Positions 1-14,747 of a DNA stretch of 64,000 nucleotides are shown here, in pieces. The DNA is from Ginglymostoma cirratum. Its lineage: Eukaryota. The stretch is from positions 9,281,641 to 9,345,640 of the forward strand of contig JAHRHZ010000217.1 of assembly GCA_024137785.1 (NCBI GenBank), in the 5' to 3' direction. Position numbers and translations under genes: made by a program. The first letter of the stretch is position 1; each line of letters opens with the position of its first letter. The notes under the pieces are model-generated. The model worked only from the letters and a program-made list of their open reading frames with translations, did no database searches and was not told the DNA's origin.

Positions 1-3000
1 CAAGGTCAATTGTAAAGGACAGCTAGCTGGCAGAGTTACTTAGAGGCTAGGCAAAGGAACAGGCTCCTCTAAAAGTACACATTCTCAAGGAAATATTCTG
101 AGGGTGGCTACTGATCATACATTGCTAAAGAGCCATTTATGAGGATGGATGGCATTTTAGGGAAGCTCTTCATTCAAGCCTGCCCTTGGTTCCACCACAA
201 CAGATGGGAGAGATTTGGAAAAAAACCAGTAAGACAAAAAACGAGTACAACTGCATGCAGAAGTGTGCCTTATAAAGTGTGCCGTTGTAACATTGCATCG
301 TCACCTGGGTTGAAATGTAACATTGCTTTGGAGCATATTGCAAGGTTGGTGTTCTCCAGCATACTAGCTATATGGAAGAAACAGGACTACAGTAGTCTTG
401 CTGTGCTTTTCCCGTAACACATTTCATATGTGACTTTTCAAAAAAAGAAATATTTGGGAATGCCCAGTTTTGAACAATGTTGATGCAAAGGTAATAGTGG
501 ATTTTTAACTAGAGCAGCAAAAAAAAATGAGAAAATATTCAGGATCAACAAAAATATCAGCATCAGCCTGCAGGGTCAAACAGGGCAAAGGGAAAGGAAT
601 TATCCAGTTCCAGTTCCAATTTGCCTGTGTTCACAACCTGTTATAGATATGGCAGGAGCCTGATGTCTGTTGCAGTCCAACCTGATAAACCCTGTCAGCA
701 GAACAGCAGTAAAAAGAAATTAGCATTTCTGGATATTGCTTGGGGTAATATATTGTATTCCAAGGCAGTAGAATCTGTGAAACCAAAGAGAATAGCCTGT
801 CTCTGGTGAGACAGTGTCCTAATTGTTGCCTGAGCAGAGTGAGAACAATAACTGATCATTCCAAAGTCCTCTTAAGGGTAGCAATTTGTTATTACTGAAA
901 GTTAACTCCAGTATATTCACTTGACAGGCTGTAATTCCATTACATCTGACACTTGCTTTTGATTCTCACTTTTGCCATTGATAGGTAAAACTGAAAAAAA
1001 CACTCTGATGGTGCCTTGCACGCACTGTTTTGACAATGTGTTTGGTCAGGTTCTGTAGTGACTGTAAGTGGCACCAGCAGATTGTATTTGTGTGTTGCCA
1101 ACTCCATACCTGTTTTTCAGGAAGAGATTGAAGATTGTTCCCAGAATCATCAGCTAATATTGGATTGATACTATTTTGCCATGCTGAGCAGTCATGATCA
1201 TTTAAGATTTAATGGCCTTTATGTGTTATTGTTTGAGCTGATTATTGGTGGGAAGCGAAGACCAAAGTATCAGTTAGTGTATTCATACCAAGCTGTGTTG
1301 AAATAATCTCTGCTGCAGAATTCTGTCCTTCAATCTCAGTGGTATTAGAACATGTTCACAGAAGCAGTTTTTAGCAGCTCCTAGCTGTAATGTGTTATTT
1401 TTTAAAAAAAGCTCCTGTTGGCTTTATTAAAACATTAAATAAACTGGATTAATAATTTCAAGAAAGAATTTACATTTGTTGTGGTTATTAAATTGATATT
1501 AAAGTTAGAGAGTTGTTCATATGACAAATCTTTATGAAATTACCTAATTAACATAAAAAACGCTCCACGGTGATCTGATTTGGATTAATCCACAAATTAA
1601 TTGAATGCCTCAGCTGGGTGTAAATTAGACTCTTCAGATGCTGTCCCTTTGCAACATCCAGACACACAATGATGTAATGTTTTACTGTAAGAGACTGACT
1701 CTTTTTGTTAACTGTTAGATCCACTTCTGGGCTTCTACATATCGGGTGAAACACTCTTTGACCTACGAGTCAAAAACAGAGTTCACATAGAAGTATTTTG
1801 GAAGTTTGCTCTGTAATTTTATACATTAATTGCACCTGTATTATGGAGTGCACATAAATGCATGAGGCTCCAAGGCATTGAAAGCTTATTGCCTCAGCAA
1901 TGATTTGATTTATAGAAGCAGAGTGGTAGCTGTTATTTTGTTGTACTGTCTGTAAAGAGCTTTGAAGTAGTTAGCCAGGAATCAATTGCATGTGTGAGTG
2001 TCCCACGCAGGCCACAATCATGGCTGCGTTTGGAGGGTCTGATTTTCATGTACTGAAACAGCAGCTGAGTGTAGTTTTTTGAACCAGCCAACATGGCAAG
2101 TTAGAATTAAAGACAAAAAGATCTCAACTTTCCAAATTTGAAATGTTATTATTTCATTTCTCTGAGAATCAAAGGACAACAGGAGATAAAATAGCAGCAG
2201 ATACTGTCCAGAATTATTTGCGAATTGTTTGGGTCTTACCAAAGTGGGTACCACAAACCAGTGGCAAGAATGTTACTAAGTCAAAAATGGATATGAGACT
2301 AGCCTTCCTTGCTCTCAGTGATCTAGAATGAATAGACTGCGTATACTGCATTGAACACATTCCCAGCTGGTGAAATAACATCAGTAGAGACACGACTATT
2401 AGCCCAAATGCTTCATGGAGTGAACTTGCAACCGCAGTGATTCATTTAATGGTGCAGCAGTCCTCTCAAGCCATTGGGAGATAGGAACGGGAGGTATGCC
2501 TTCAGTTTTTTATTATTTAAACAAAGTTTGTTCCAAATAAAAGGCAATAATGGAGAAAATAAATATACATTTTTGCACAACTTCTCATTAATCGGCAAAG
2601 TTACAATGAAGTGATTCAATTTTCTGGGGTCCGCAGCCACTTCCTGCAATAATTTGTAACAATATAAGTTGTGAAGAAAGAAGTGTACCTGCTTGAATAT
2701 CAAATAGATGTATGTCTAGGTTCTAATTTATTGCCAGTTATTACTTGTCTTTATTCAATGCAAAGAATGCAATGCAAATGCTAGATTGTGAGCAAATAGT
2801 CTTAATCAAATTGTGGGACAGATATAAATGAAAGCAAAAACAAGATAACCAAATTACCAGGAAGCAAATTGTTGGTGAAGGAAATAAGCTATATCTGTCT
2901 GTTTTTGCTATCATTACTCTTTATGGGAAGAGCTGGTAAATATCAACTGAAATAATTGTCCATATTATTCAAGAACTGTCACAATCTGACAATCCCCTTT

Positions 3001-3129
3001 GCAAGGACTAAGCAGTACGTTTGCATAACACTTCAGCTGGCATAAAAAATGCAGTCATGAGATAGTAAAGGTGTGAAAGTGTGTGCATTTTGTCATCTGG
3101 CATGAGTCTGTATTGTGTGGAGAGTTTTC

Positions 3130-3515
3130 TTTTAATCACACTTGATAATGTGATTCCTGTATTTAAAAAGGAGAGTAAAACAAGTCCAGGGAATCATAAA
3201 CAAATAAGTTTCATGACAACGGTAGGAAAAGTTTGCAATTCTCATTCATACGTCTATAAACTGAGAATGTAATAAAGAGTAATCAACATGGATTTCAAAA
3301 GGGAAGCTTGTATTTAATCAAACTTATTGAGTACTCTGAAAAACTAATGGGAAGGCAAGATAAGGATAATGTAGTGGCCCTGATATATTTGGATTTTCAA
3401 AAGGCTTTCAGTAAGTAATAAATAAATCATTACAAGTAATTTATAAGTCATGAAAAAAGACTCATGACTAAGCTCATATCATGTGGAATCAGGAATAAGT
3501 AGCAGATATAAAACG
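3130..3515 (+). mobile_element. CR1 RT fragment
   Basis: VIPVFKK..PGNHKQIS, QHGFQKG and YLDFQKAF remnants. Confidence 0.7.
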
Positions 3516-4989
3516 TAGGGCAGAAAGTACGTAAGTTTGAAAACACAGACCGACGGATTCCAGAACAGCTTCTTCCCTGCTGTTATCAGACTTTTGAACG
3601 GACCTCTTATATGTTAAAGTTGATCCTTCTCTGTACCATCTGTGTGGCTGGTAGCGCACAAAGGTCTTCATGCTCCAGTGGCATCTTGGTCCATAAATGC
3701 CAGCCTTGCCTGCAATGCCCACACCCAATGCACGGATTTTAAAAAAAAGGTCTGAACTGTAGAAATGTTAATAAGGTCCTTCCATTAACATCAGCAAGAT
3801 CAGGAATGGAATCTCACCCTCCTTGTTTGCCAGTAAATTTCGGAGCCGTTACTTCAAATGATATTCTTTAAGAGTATCATTTGCTGTTGACAGCTCAATG
3901 CATGCACTTAACTTTGTAGCTATGCATTATATCACATTTCTCTCACAGTTTGAAGCAAAAGCTCAACTCTTGTGGTTGCTTTGGGAATACAAGGCTACAC
4001 TTTGAAAAACAATTGAGACTTCAAGATGGAAAAGTATCAGGCTTACTGTGGTGATAAAACTGCAGCATCTTTTGGAAAAGGTCTGTAGTTAGCAGAGATT
4101 GAGGAAGTGACAGATATACTAAAGAGGCAGCAAATAATCAATGTTACTTGAAGGAGCAGAATTCAAATGCCACTTGTTTATTTCTGCCCTTAACATTTTT
4201 CAAGTGCTAATTTCCTGTTAAGAGGCATTAATATTCAGGAAACATGTTGAGATGTGCGATTCAGTGCAAATGTGACAGCAAAATGGAACAACATAATGGA
4301 AATGGCACTCATCCTCAGCAAAGTAGAGCCATTGGACTAGAAAATGATCCATCTCCGTCTGCTAAAAATAATGACTTGTGGCAACTAAGCTACATTACAC
4401 GATGACCTGTACTTTGCCATGGTTATATTTTATAAAGAATATTTTGGAGAAATGAATTGAAATTCTGCTGTGATTTGGATTTAACATTGATGCCAAGAAT
4501 TTAGACTATAGAAATTACGTTCTTAGCTCTATCACATTTAACAAGTCCCAGCCTACACTCACCACTACTAAGTATAACTCCATGTTTTTCCACATGGAGG
4601 TTGAAAATTATTTTATATATACATAGTGTTCTTTAGGCAACTTTTTCTCTGCACTCCCCCCATCCCCAGATGCATACACTAGTTAAGCAGGCTTCCTGCT
4701 TTAGATCTATACCAATGCTTCTTGTGCTAAACAGATGCGAGGTGTGTAAGATAAAAAGCTTGCCTTCCACAATATCTTGGGGACCACAGGCACAATGTCA
4801 CATTGTAACGCTCACCATACAAAACGTACCAACTTACATTTTGTTTTATTTTAAACTCTTTTTTTACATTATCATTGACAAGAGTTTTCTACAGGATGCA
4901 GTGAATGTTTTAGAGAGATTAAAAAGAATACCAAAAGCTTTCCCAAAGGCAGCAACATCCATGAAAGAACACAAATTATGTAGTGAAAT

Positions 4990-5120
4990 AAACCAAAGAA
5001 CTGCAGATGCTGGAAATCCGAAACAAAAACAGAAAATGCTGAAGAAACTCAATAGATCTGGCAGCATCTGTGGAGAAAAAACAGAGTAATGTTTTGAGTC
5101 CAATGACCCTTCTTCAGAAT
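4990..5120 (-). mobile_element. Hammerhead-type PLE terminal remnant
   Basis: Minus strand CTGAAGA-A-GGGTCATTGGACTC-AAAAC-ATT (GAAA decayed) plus the shared tail. Confidence 0.65.
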
Positions 5121-5261
5121 TAATAATATCTAGGAAAAGGTGGCATGTATGCTGGAGACAGGGAGTGAGGGTGGGGTGATGGTTGGGGGGTGGGGAAAGA
5201 ATGAACCACTAGGTGAAGATGAAGCCTAGAGAAAGAGGATGCTTAATAAGCACTTAGATGA

Positions 5262-6110
5262 AGGGATTAAAAACCATTTATTCAGATTTGCTGAAAGACA
5301 GGTAAAATTACAAACCATGCCAATTGAAGCATAAAATGACACAGACCGATTAATAGATTAAATAAATGGACAGATCTGTGGCAAAGAATTTCAATGCAGA
5401 CAAACGTGAATTCATCCACTTTGAACCTAAAAAGAATAAAAAAGGGTACTTTCTAAACGATGGAAAGTCAGGAACAGTGAAGGTCCAAAGAGGCTCATGC
5501 ATCCAGATACTTAAATCATTAAAATGTTGTGAACAGATACAGAAAATAATCAAAATGGCTAATCAAAGGCTGAAAAAACCAGGAGTTAGAATTTATGCCT
5601 CAGCTATACGCATCCTCAGTTAGACCACACTTACAGCACAGTGAGCAATTCTGCTGCACATTGGGAATAATGGTGTTGAAGGAAGTATAATATGAAATGG
5701 AATTACAAGGAAAGATTACACAAACTTGACATTAGTATTTAAACAATTAATGAGTGATTCGATTGATGTTTTCAAGATATTAAGGGTAACAAATAAGGTA
5801 GATAGATACTTCTACTGGTTGGAGAGTTCAGGACTAAGGAGCACAGTTTCATATTAGAACCAGACCTTTCAGAAGTCAAATAGGGAACAATTCTACACGC
5901 AAAGGGTGGTAAGAGGATGGAACTGTCTTCCATGAGAGGCAAATGATGTTAGGTTGTTTGTTAACTTTCAATCTAGGATTAATACATTTTAACCGAACAA
6001 ATTAAGTGTTCAGGGCAAACACGAACATTTGGACTGAGGTTAAAGATCAGCTGTGGCCTCATTGAATCGCAACACAGGCTCGAAGAGCTAAAAGCTCAAC
6101 CCCTGTTCCC
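5262..6110 (+). mobile_element. CR1 3' fragment
   Basis: FAED-like remnant, FNADKREFIHF, and the conserved 3' motif CTACACGCAAAGGGTGGT...TGGAAC. Confidence 0.65.
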
Positions 6111-6509
6111 ATGTTGTTACATCATATTGTAGGAAATGCGACAGTCAGTTTGCTGACACGGAGGTCCACAAACAACAATGACATAATGATCAGATTATCT
6201 ATTTTATTACTGTCTGGCCAAAACTCCAGGGAAAACTACTTTGCATTTCTTCAAAGCATTTTAACAGCGCTGCACTCCATTAGTACAAATCTGAGTGTCA
6301 GCTTAGATGATTGTGTTCAAATTTAAGGACTAAAACTTGTACCAAGATCTTTTGAGAATCGGATTGCCATGACTGAGTCACTCTTGACATTAAAACTACG
6401 GAGTGTATTTCTAACATGAACATTCTTATACAGAGCTAGCACTGTTATTCATGTTCATGGTAGAATGTGCTGTTTCACAAATATGAGAAACTATATCATA
6501 TAAAATGGA

Positions 6510-7238
6510 AACCAAAGAACTACAGTGCTGTGAATCAGAGACAAAAATAGAAATTGCAGGAAAAGCTCAGCAGGTCTGGCAGCATCTGTGGAGAGAAATC
6601 AGAGTTGATGTTTCAGGTCGAGTGACCCTTCCTTAGAACTTGCCCAGTTCTNNNNNNNNNNNNNNNNNNNNNNNNNNNNNNNNNNNNNNNNNNNNNNNNN
6701 NNNNNNNNNNNNNNNNNNNNNNNNNNNNNNNNNNNNNNNNNNNNNNNNNNNAGATTTGAAATGCATCAGGGGATATGGAAAGAAAGTGGGAATATGGCAT
6801 TGAGATTGAGGATCAGCCATGATGGTTTTGAATGGTGCAGCAGGGTTGAAGGGCCGAATGGCCTACCCCCGCTCCTAGTTTCTATGATTCAGACCGTGTG
6901 TAGGAGCTAATTACAGCAGCCTTTCAGGTACTGCCTTTCAGATGTTAATAAGCTTCAATGTGAAGATATTTCCTATCAGTCCTTTCTCCTGTCAGAAGCT
7001 CACTGAGGATCACTGCAGCTGACATTCCCAAATAACAGACAGCATGGCCCCCTTCAGAAGCAAGTGTCTATCAGAAATAGAAGCAAACACAGAGATCAAG
7101 TCCCCAAGCAGCAACTTGCCCTAAGCTCAGTCTCCCAGTTCTGAGGAAGGGTCACTCGACCTGAAATGTTAACTCTGATTTCTCTCCACAGATGCTGCCA
7201 GACCGGCTGAGCTTTTCCAGCAATTCTTATTTTTGCCC
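6510..7238. mobile_element. Inverted pair of hammerhead elements around the assembly gap
   Basis: 6541-6640 is the approximate reverse complement of 7136-7236. Plus core CTGAGGA...GAAATGTT at 7141-7170; minus core mutated to CTAAGGA. Confidence 0.7.
6652..6751. other. Assembly gap (100 N)
   Basis: Run of exactly 100 N, probably a placeholder length. Confidence 0.99.
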
Positions 7239-7239
7239 A

Positions 7240-8990
7240 TCATAGAGTCATAGAGATGTACAGCACAGAAACAGACCCTTCAGTCCAACTTGTCCTTGCC
7301 GACCGTATGTCCTACATAAATTTAGTCCCATTAGCCAGCATTTGGCCCATATCCCTCTAAACCCTTCCTATTCATATACTCATTCAGATCCATTTTAATT
7401 GTTGTAATTGTACCAGCCTCCACCACTTCCTCTGGCAGCTCATTCCATACATGCACCACCGTCTGCATGAAAAAGTTGCCCCTTAGGTCCCTTTTAAATC
7501 TTTCCCCTCTCACCTTAAACCTATGCCATCTAGTTTTGGACACCCCCACCCTGGAGAAAAGACCTTGTCTATTTCCCCCTATCCAAGCCCCTCATGATTT
7601 TATAAACCTCTATAAGGTCACCCATCAGGGATATAGCCCCAGCCTATTCAGCCTGTCCCTATAGCTCAAACCCTCCAACCCTGGAAACATTCTTGCAAAT
7701 CTTTTCTGAACCCTTTCAAGTTTCATAACATGCTTCCTTTAGCAGGGATACTAGAATTGCACATAGTATTCCGAAAGTGGCCTAACCAATGTCCTGTACA
7801 GCTGCAACATGACCTCACAACTCTTATATTCAATGCCCTGACCAATAAAGGCAAGCGTACCAAATAGAGATAGTAAGAACTGCCGATACTGGAGTCATAC
7901 CAAACACCTTCTTCACTATCCAATCTACCTGCGACTCCACTTTCAAGGAACCACAAACCCACACTCCAAAAGTGTCTTTGTTCAGCAACACTCCCCAGGA
8001 CCTTACAATTACTTGTACAAGTCCTGCCCTGGTTTACCTTTCCAAAATGCAGGACCTTAATTTATCTAAATTAAACTCCATCTGCCACACCTGGGCCAGT
8101 TGGCCCACTTGATCAAGGTTCCATTGTACTCTGAGATAACTTCCGTTGCTGCCCACTACACCTCCAATTTTGGTGTCATATGCAAACTTACAAATCATAC
8201 CTCCTATGTTCCCATCTAAATCATTTATATAAATGACGAAAAGCAGTGGACCCAGCACTGATCCTTGTGGCACACCGCTGGTCACAGACCCCCAGTCTGA
8301 AAAGCCACCCTCCACCAACATCCTCTAACTTCTACCTTCAACCCAGTTCTGTATCCAGACGGCTAGTTCTCCCTGTTTTCCATGTGACCTAACCTTGATA
8401 ACCAGTCTACCATGAGGAAACTTATTGAACACCTTACTGAAGTCAATATAGATCACATCCACTGCTGTGCCCTCATCAACCCCCTTCATTACTTCTTCAA
8501 AAAACTGAATCAAGTTAGTGAGACACAATTTCTCACACACAAAACCATGTTGACTATCTCTAATCGGTCATTGCCTTTCCAAAGACATGCAAATTCTGTC
8601 CCTCAGGGTTCCCCCCAGCAACTTGCCCAACAGCGACGTCAGCCTCACCAGTCTATCATTCCCTGGCTTTTCCTTACCACTTTTCTTAAATGGTGGCATC
8701 ACATTAGCCAACCTCCAGTCTTCTAATCACTCCCCTGTGGCTATCAACGATACAAATATCTCTGCAAAGGGCCCAGCAATCATTTCCCAACTTCCCATAG
8801 AGTTCTAGGGTACACTTGTTCAGATCCCAGGGATTTATCCACCTTTATGACTTCCAGCACCACCTCTGCCGTAATATGGACAATTTTCGAGATGTCGCTA
8901 CTTATTTCCCCACATTCTCTGTCTTCCATCTCCTTCTCCACAGTAAACACTGGTGCAAAATGCTCATTTAGTATCTATCCCATCTCCTGC
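7240..8990 (-). mobile_element. CR1-clade (HER1-like) LINE, 3' about 1.75 kb, degraded
   Basis: Minus ORFs CLTNLIQFFEEV..VDVIYIDFSKVF, SGVPQGSVLGPLLFVIYINDL, KFAYDTKIGG, WNELPEEVVEA; CTCTATGA-type tandem tail at about 7241-7255. Confidence 0.92.
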
Positions 8991-11532
8991 TGTTCCACAC
9001 AACGGTGGCCTTGCTGATCATATAAAATTGATTGTGGGAATATTCCCTATTAAGTCTAGATGCTTTGGCGAACAGATGAATTTGGAGACAGCTTTCCACC
9101 ACAACTTGCTTTCTTGCCTCATGTTTAGGCCTGCTGTCGACTAATAGAGACAAGAATTGTTTGCATGGCTAGCCAACAATTTGATTTTTTTTAATGTGTT
9201 TACCTGGCTGATCAAGGGTGAATGAGGTTGACTTTGGTATGACCTTGGTCTTTTTTATTTGATTCATGAAACCAACTGCATGTAGGATGTCTGTTTGCAT
9301 TTGGTCATTGAAGATGCAGGATACACTTGAGTAATTCAGTTCTATGGAGCCAGCTGGAATACAACAGTCATGAATTCTGTAAAGTTAACAGCAATCATGC
9401 CCCAAAGGCCTATCCTGTGGAGTCGAAGCAATATATTAAAAAAAACACTTGCTTGTCAGAAGCAGACATAGTTTTAACCTCCATCTGTTAATTTATAAGA
9501 ATGCAAAAAATAAGATCCTTTAGTCCTTTCCACCATCCAATAAGACCATGTAGATCTTCTACTTCAACACCATTTCCTACATTTTCCCTCCATAAGGCCA
9601 TAAGAAATAGGAACGGAAGTAGGGTCATGGCTGATCGGACTTCCCTATGCTGTCCACAAAACCTTTGATTCTTCTACTGATCAAGAACCATCTAGCTCAT
9701 CCTTAAATACGTATATATATATTATCTGCCTCCACAGCTCTACATCCCTTGATGTTTTTAATATGTAGAAATATATCGATCTGAGTCTTAAATAGATTTG
9801 GTTAGATTTAGATTAGATTTATATTGTCACTTTTACCTGAGTACAAGAGTGCAGCGAAAGGTGTACAGAGTCGGCACTTTCCAGCGCCATCTTGGAATAC
9901 AATCGTTAGAATTAAAACTAAAACCCAAAATTAAAGAAATAGAAACAAAAGGAAAAGGAAATGCCTAGAAGGTCCTCAACGCTGCCAAGAATCTTGAGCT
10001 GGGTTCACCAATGCTGAATGCACCGTAACCACCGACTTCGAAGTCACCACACTGTAGCACCGTCAGTCACTGCTGGGCCCACCTCGCCTGTGGCTACCAT
10101 CTTGGAATCAGTTGTCCTCAACCAGAGTCCTCAACCTTCCTGAACAAATGCAGGAGTGTAACCCTCTGGATCAGCGCTGACATCAGAGCAGCCATTGATG
10201 CTGGCGCCGCCTTGAGCCCTGCATTCAACAACGCAATGACCGAGCCGGGCCTGGCCTCTTGGACAGAGAATTCCAAATACTCACCCTTGAGTGAAGAAAT
10301 TCCTCTTCAGCTCTTGTCCTAAATAGCTTTCCCCCTATTCTGAGACTGTGTCCCCAGGTCCTAATGACCCCATTTAATAATGATTTCCCTTTCAGAAATC
10401 CATGTTGACTCTGCTCAATTTTACTATTATTTTCTTAGTGTTCTGACATCACATCCTTTATTGCAGGGTTGTAGCGTTTTTTAATATCATGGATACTAGG
10501 TTAAAAGGCCAATTTTTTTCTCCCTTCCCTCCTTTCTTTAATAGTGGCATTACGTTTGCCACCTTGCAATCTGCAGGTGCTGTTCCAGAGTCCATTTATG
10601 TATAAAGTCAAAAAAATACACAGAATATGGAGACAGTTCAGATCATCTTAATTCATCCAGAAAGACTCGACAATTTTCACATTTCATTTTTGTTTTATTT
10701 GCACAGATATTACAAGGAATAAAAGATTTATGTTTGTTATTCAATTAACTGCTGAACATGAGGGTTGATAGTGGGAATGTCAGTGCACTGGTAATCTCCA
10801 AGTCCTTGTGAGAGAGCTGAGGGTCACAGGGTATCATCTCAGAGCATGTGGCTCACCAGTGAGGAGAGAAATGAAGGAGGAATTTTATCTCTCAGAGGTC
10901 ATGGATCCATAGAAGTCTTCATCAAAAAGGACTGTAGCGGCTGGGTTGTTAAGTATATTCAAGGCTAAGAAAGACCGACTTTTCAACAGTGAGGGAATCA
11001 ATGGCTGTGGGGTAAAGGTAGAAAGGTGAAATTGAGAACTATGAGATGAGCCATGATCACGTTGAAAGATGGAGTAGACTCGATGGGCCAGATGGCTCAC
11101 TCCTGCTCCTACATCTTATCATCATATATAGTGAATGTTTTAGGAATATGGATTCATATTTTTCCAAGTCAGTTGTGAAATTTCAGTTCAGTTAATAAAG
11201 TTGGAATTGAAAACGAGCAGTGGTGACCATGATATATGTCTGTCATTGATTGTTTTAGATATCCATCTGATTCATTAATATCCTTTGGAAGGTTAATGTG
11301 CTGTCCCTACCTGGACTGGCCTACATGTGACGGCAGACTCTTAACTGCCCTGTTAAGTGGCCTAGCACCCCCACTCTGTACAAGGGCAATTAGGGATGGG
11401 AAACAATTGCTGGCTTGCAAGTGATGTCACAAATTATAAAGTAGAAAATACCGTTACTATTTAGGACAGTTATAGTTCCCAGTAAACTACCTTGAAGCTG
11501 GATGATATTTAAATGAAGAACAGTACTTTGAA

Positions 11533-11883
11533 CGGCACAGTAGCTCAGTGGTTAGCACGGCTGTGTCAGTGTGCCAGGGACCCGGGTTTGATTCCATCTT
11601 CGGGTGACTGTGTGGAGTTTGCACATTCTCCCCATGCCTGTGTGGGTGTCTCTGGGTGCTCTGCTTTCTTCCCACAGTCCAAAGGTGTGCAGGTTAGGTG
11701 GATTGGCCGTGCTAAATTGCCCCTAGTGATCAGGGATGTGTAGGCTAGGTAGGTTAGCCACGAGACGTGGACTTACAGGGACAGGGTGGCGGGGGGGAGG
11801 GTGGGCCTGGGTGGAATTCTCTTCAGTGGGTCAGTGTGGGCTTGATGAGCCAAATAGCCTGCTTTGCAATTTAGGGATTCTAG
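11533..11883 (+). mobile_element. HE1/V-SINE-like SINE
   Basis: Same A/B boxes and V-domain as the 45354 copy. Confidence 0.85.
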
Positions 11884-14747
11884 TTGAACTTTACTGGTAG
11901 GTACTGAAATGCTGAAAGCAAAGTAGCCTAATTCAAAGGCCTAATAACGATGACATCTGCTTGAAAATATGATAAATAAGATTTAAAAACTCCTAACCAC
12001 AGAAATCATATAAAATACCTTGGCATTGCAAGTCCACATCCAAATACTACTACAATTTTATGAGGGTTTCTGCCTCTACATCCTTACAGGCAGTAAGTTC
12101 CAGAGTTCCACCAACCAATGGGAGAATTTTTTTTTTGCTGATGTTCCCTCTGAACCTCCTGCCCTTATCTTAAATTAATTTACAACAGATAATTCCCAAG
12201 AATAATTACTTTGTCCATTTTGCAGCCCTCTATAATATTTCCAGTCGGTTGTCGCAACTTCACCAGGCTCCATTGTTAATCTGTCAAATGGACCTTGGTT
12301 CCACACATTTGAAGTCTTGTTTTACTTCACTTTTCTCTATGGTTAACATATTCTTAAAAACGAGGACAGGAAAACCTCATAACCTAACTCCTGGCATTCA
12401 ATAATCTCTTGCATAGATTGCAACATTCTCTGAAACAATATTGCGAGCTGTGTTAATGTCAAAGATCAGTAGTTTGCCTCACAGATGATATTTTTTAATA
12501 ACTAATTCCCACCTGATGTTTCCAATGCTTAACCTGTTCCTCTTGCTTGCTTACTCGTAACCACTTCAAATCCTGTTTCCTTGGATTGCTGCTCATTGGT
12601 GTGCTTTTTTTGTATTCATTCATGGGATGAGGGCATTGCTGGCTGGACCAGCATTTATTGCCAATGTCTAACTGCCCATACATTGCTATGGGTCTGGAGT
12701 CACATGTAGACCAGACCAGGATGGCAGTTTCCTTCCCTAAAGGAAATTAGTGAACCAGATGGGCTTTTTCCGACAATTGGCAATGGGTTCATGGTCATCA
12801 TTAGACTCTTAATTCCACCTTTTTGTTTTAATTGCTGAACTTAAATTCCACCATCTGCCATAGCGGGTTTCGATCGTGGGCCCTCAGAACATTACCTGGG
12901 TCTCTCCATTAGCAGTCTAGTGATAATACCACTAGGCCATTGCTATACATAGCCATCCTTGGCCTTGGTGGACTGCCTAAAAGGAAGAGAAGATTATACT
13001 GTAGCTGCAAGGTCTGTGGAGTTTGGGCTTATCTCATGTTAGCACAGTGTTAATTGGTGCCAAGAATTTTGGGAGGGAAGTTTTCAAGCAGGGTGATAAA
13101 CAACAGCGAGAGTGACAAGAGACAGGAAGATAGAACTCATCAAAATAACACTGATGGAAGTTGGTTGGTAAAAGAATTTGAAACCAAAATGCCAGCAGAG
13201 TATCCATGCTGAAGTGTATTATTTGTTCAATGGATCTTGGAGGCAGGGAGATGGTAGCAGAGCGGATCCCAAATGCAAAACTAGTGAGAAAATCTCTTAA
13301 TATAGCTACTGTAGGGTGGAGGAGAAAATCTCAGAACTACCAGTGTCTGCAAAAGAACAGACAAACAAGAGAAAACTGAAGTAAAACTGAACTGTAATAA
13401 TTCCTCTATCCCCTCCCATGAGAAATTTCAACTTTACTTGCTGAGTCTCCAATACCTGTTTGCTTTCTGGTAGAACCTTGACTTGGTCTTATTCCTACAG
13501 ATCATTGTTCACCTGCTGCAGTCTGACATTGTCATGGTGTGACTAGCGTTCCAGCTGTATGGAATTTCTAGCTCACACTCACTGTGTGTCCCTTGTCAGG
13601 TCTGAAATGCTTTTTACCAATGTCTGTAGATATCGCTATGTAGAATCATGCCTTGAATTTCTCCTCTGCAAGGATCTTGAAGGTTTAGCTTTATCACCTG
13701 CTACTCTGTGATTGCCAGCAGCCTTTCCTAAAGCCCCATCTGAAGGGTCTTCAGACCTCCACCACTTCCTGTCTGCGTATAAGATGAAACAATGCCCAAT
13801 GCTTGGCATCATGTTGCATGATGGATCCTCATCACAATTCATCTTGGTGGAAGTTATGTCTAGTACATTTGCTGCCACCATCCTCTTTCCTGGTCAGCAT
13901 CTAAAGAATCTGTTGGTCTAGTTAGGGATAGAGGACACCCAGTAGGTGGCCTAACAAGAAAAGGCTCCCATCTTAAACAAGATGCTGTTTATTGCATTAT
14001 AGAAACTAGCTACAAGTTACATTGATATGTTGGACATTGTCACTGAGACAGAGAGATTTCTCAATGTTAGGCTTTACTCCTTTGAAATCTGAAAGTATAC
14101 AACTTCACCATATTGAATGATAGTTAATTCACAATTTCAGTATTAATCCTTTTAGACTGTTATACCTTGTACAAAACTGGGAGCCAGAGACATGAGCTGG
14201 TGGAGGTGGGCCATGATGATGGGGTTGGGGGCGGGTGTATAAACAATTACTGCTTGTAGAGTAGACAGGAAATCGAGAACATTTTTATGATAAAATTTTT
14301 CATGTTAAGAACATGTTCAGACCATGTGTACACAGAAGCAAAGCATTCATCTGCTCTCCCTGTTTGCTGAGTTCCACCTGTGCTTACGAAGCCTATTATT
14401 TGGCATTTAAAAATCCATTCAGATTGCACACAGAAAAGCCAAATTTCCACAGTGATGTCTCCTGCTGCAAAATGACAGGACCATCCTTCAGGCATACCCT
14501 AAACTTCCAGGTTTTACATTGAATCAATTCCCACTGCAGACCTCAACAGCAGCAAACGTCTCAGCTTTTGCTGTTGTTGGGGAAGGAAATTTCAGCCAAA
14601 ATATTATTTGTTGGGCTTCGTTTAATGGGGTATGGGTGTAATTGTATATTTTACCTGATTTAACACAGTTTCACCCCATGAATTTGGACTAAGGTGCATT
14701 CTATGTGCATTTTCACTACAGTGAGCAGTCCCCATGAACTGTGTCAC

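Noticed and set aside
12960-13920. Possible decayed transposon or Tx1-type coding remnant
   Set aside because: Too degenerate to assign by eye; it needs an HMM search.
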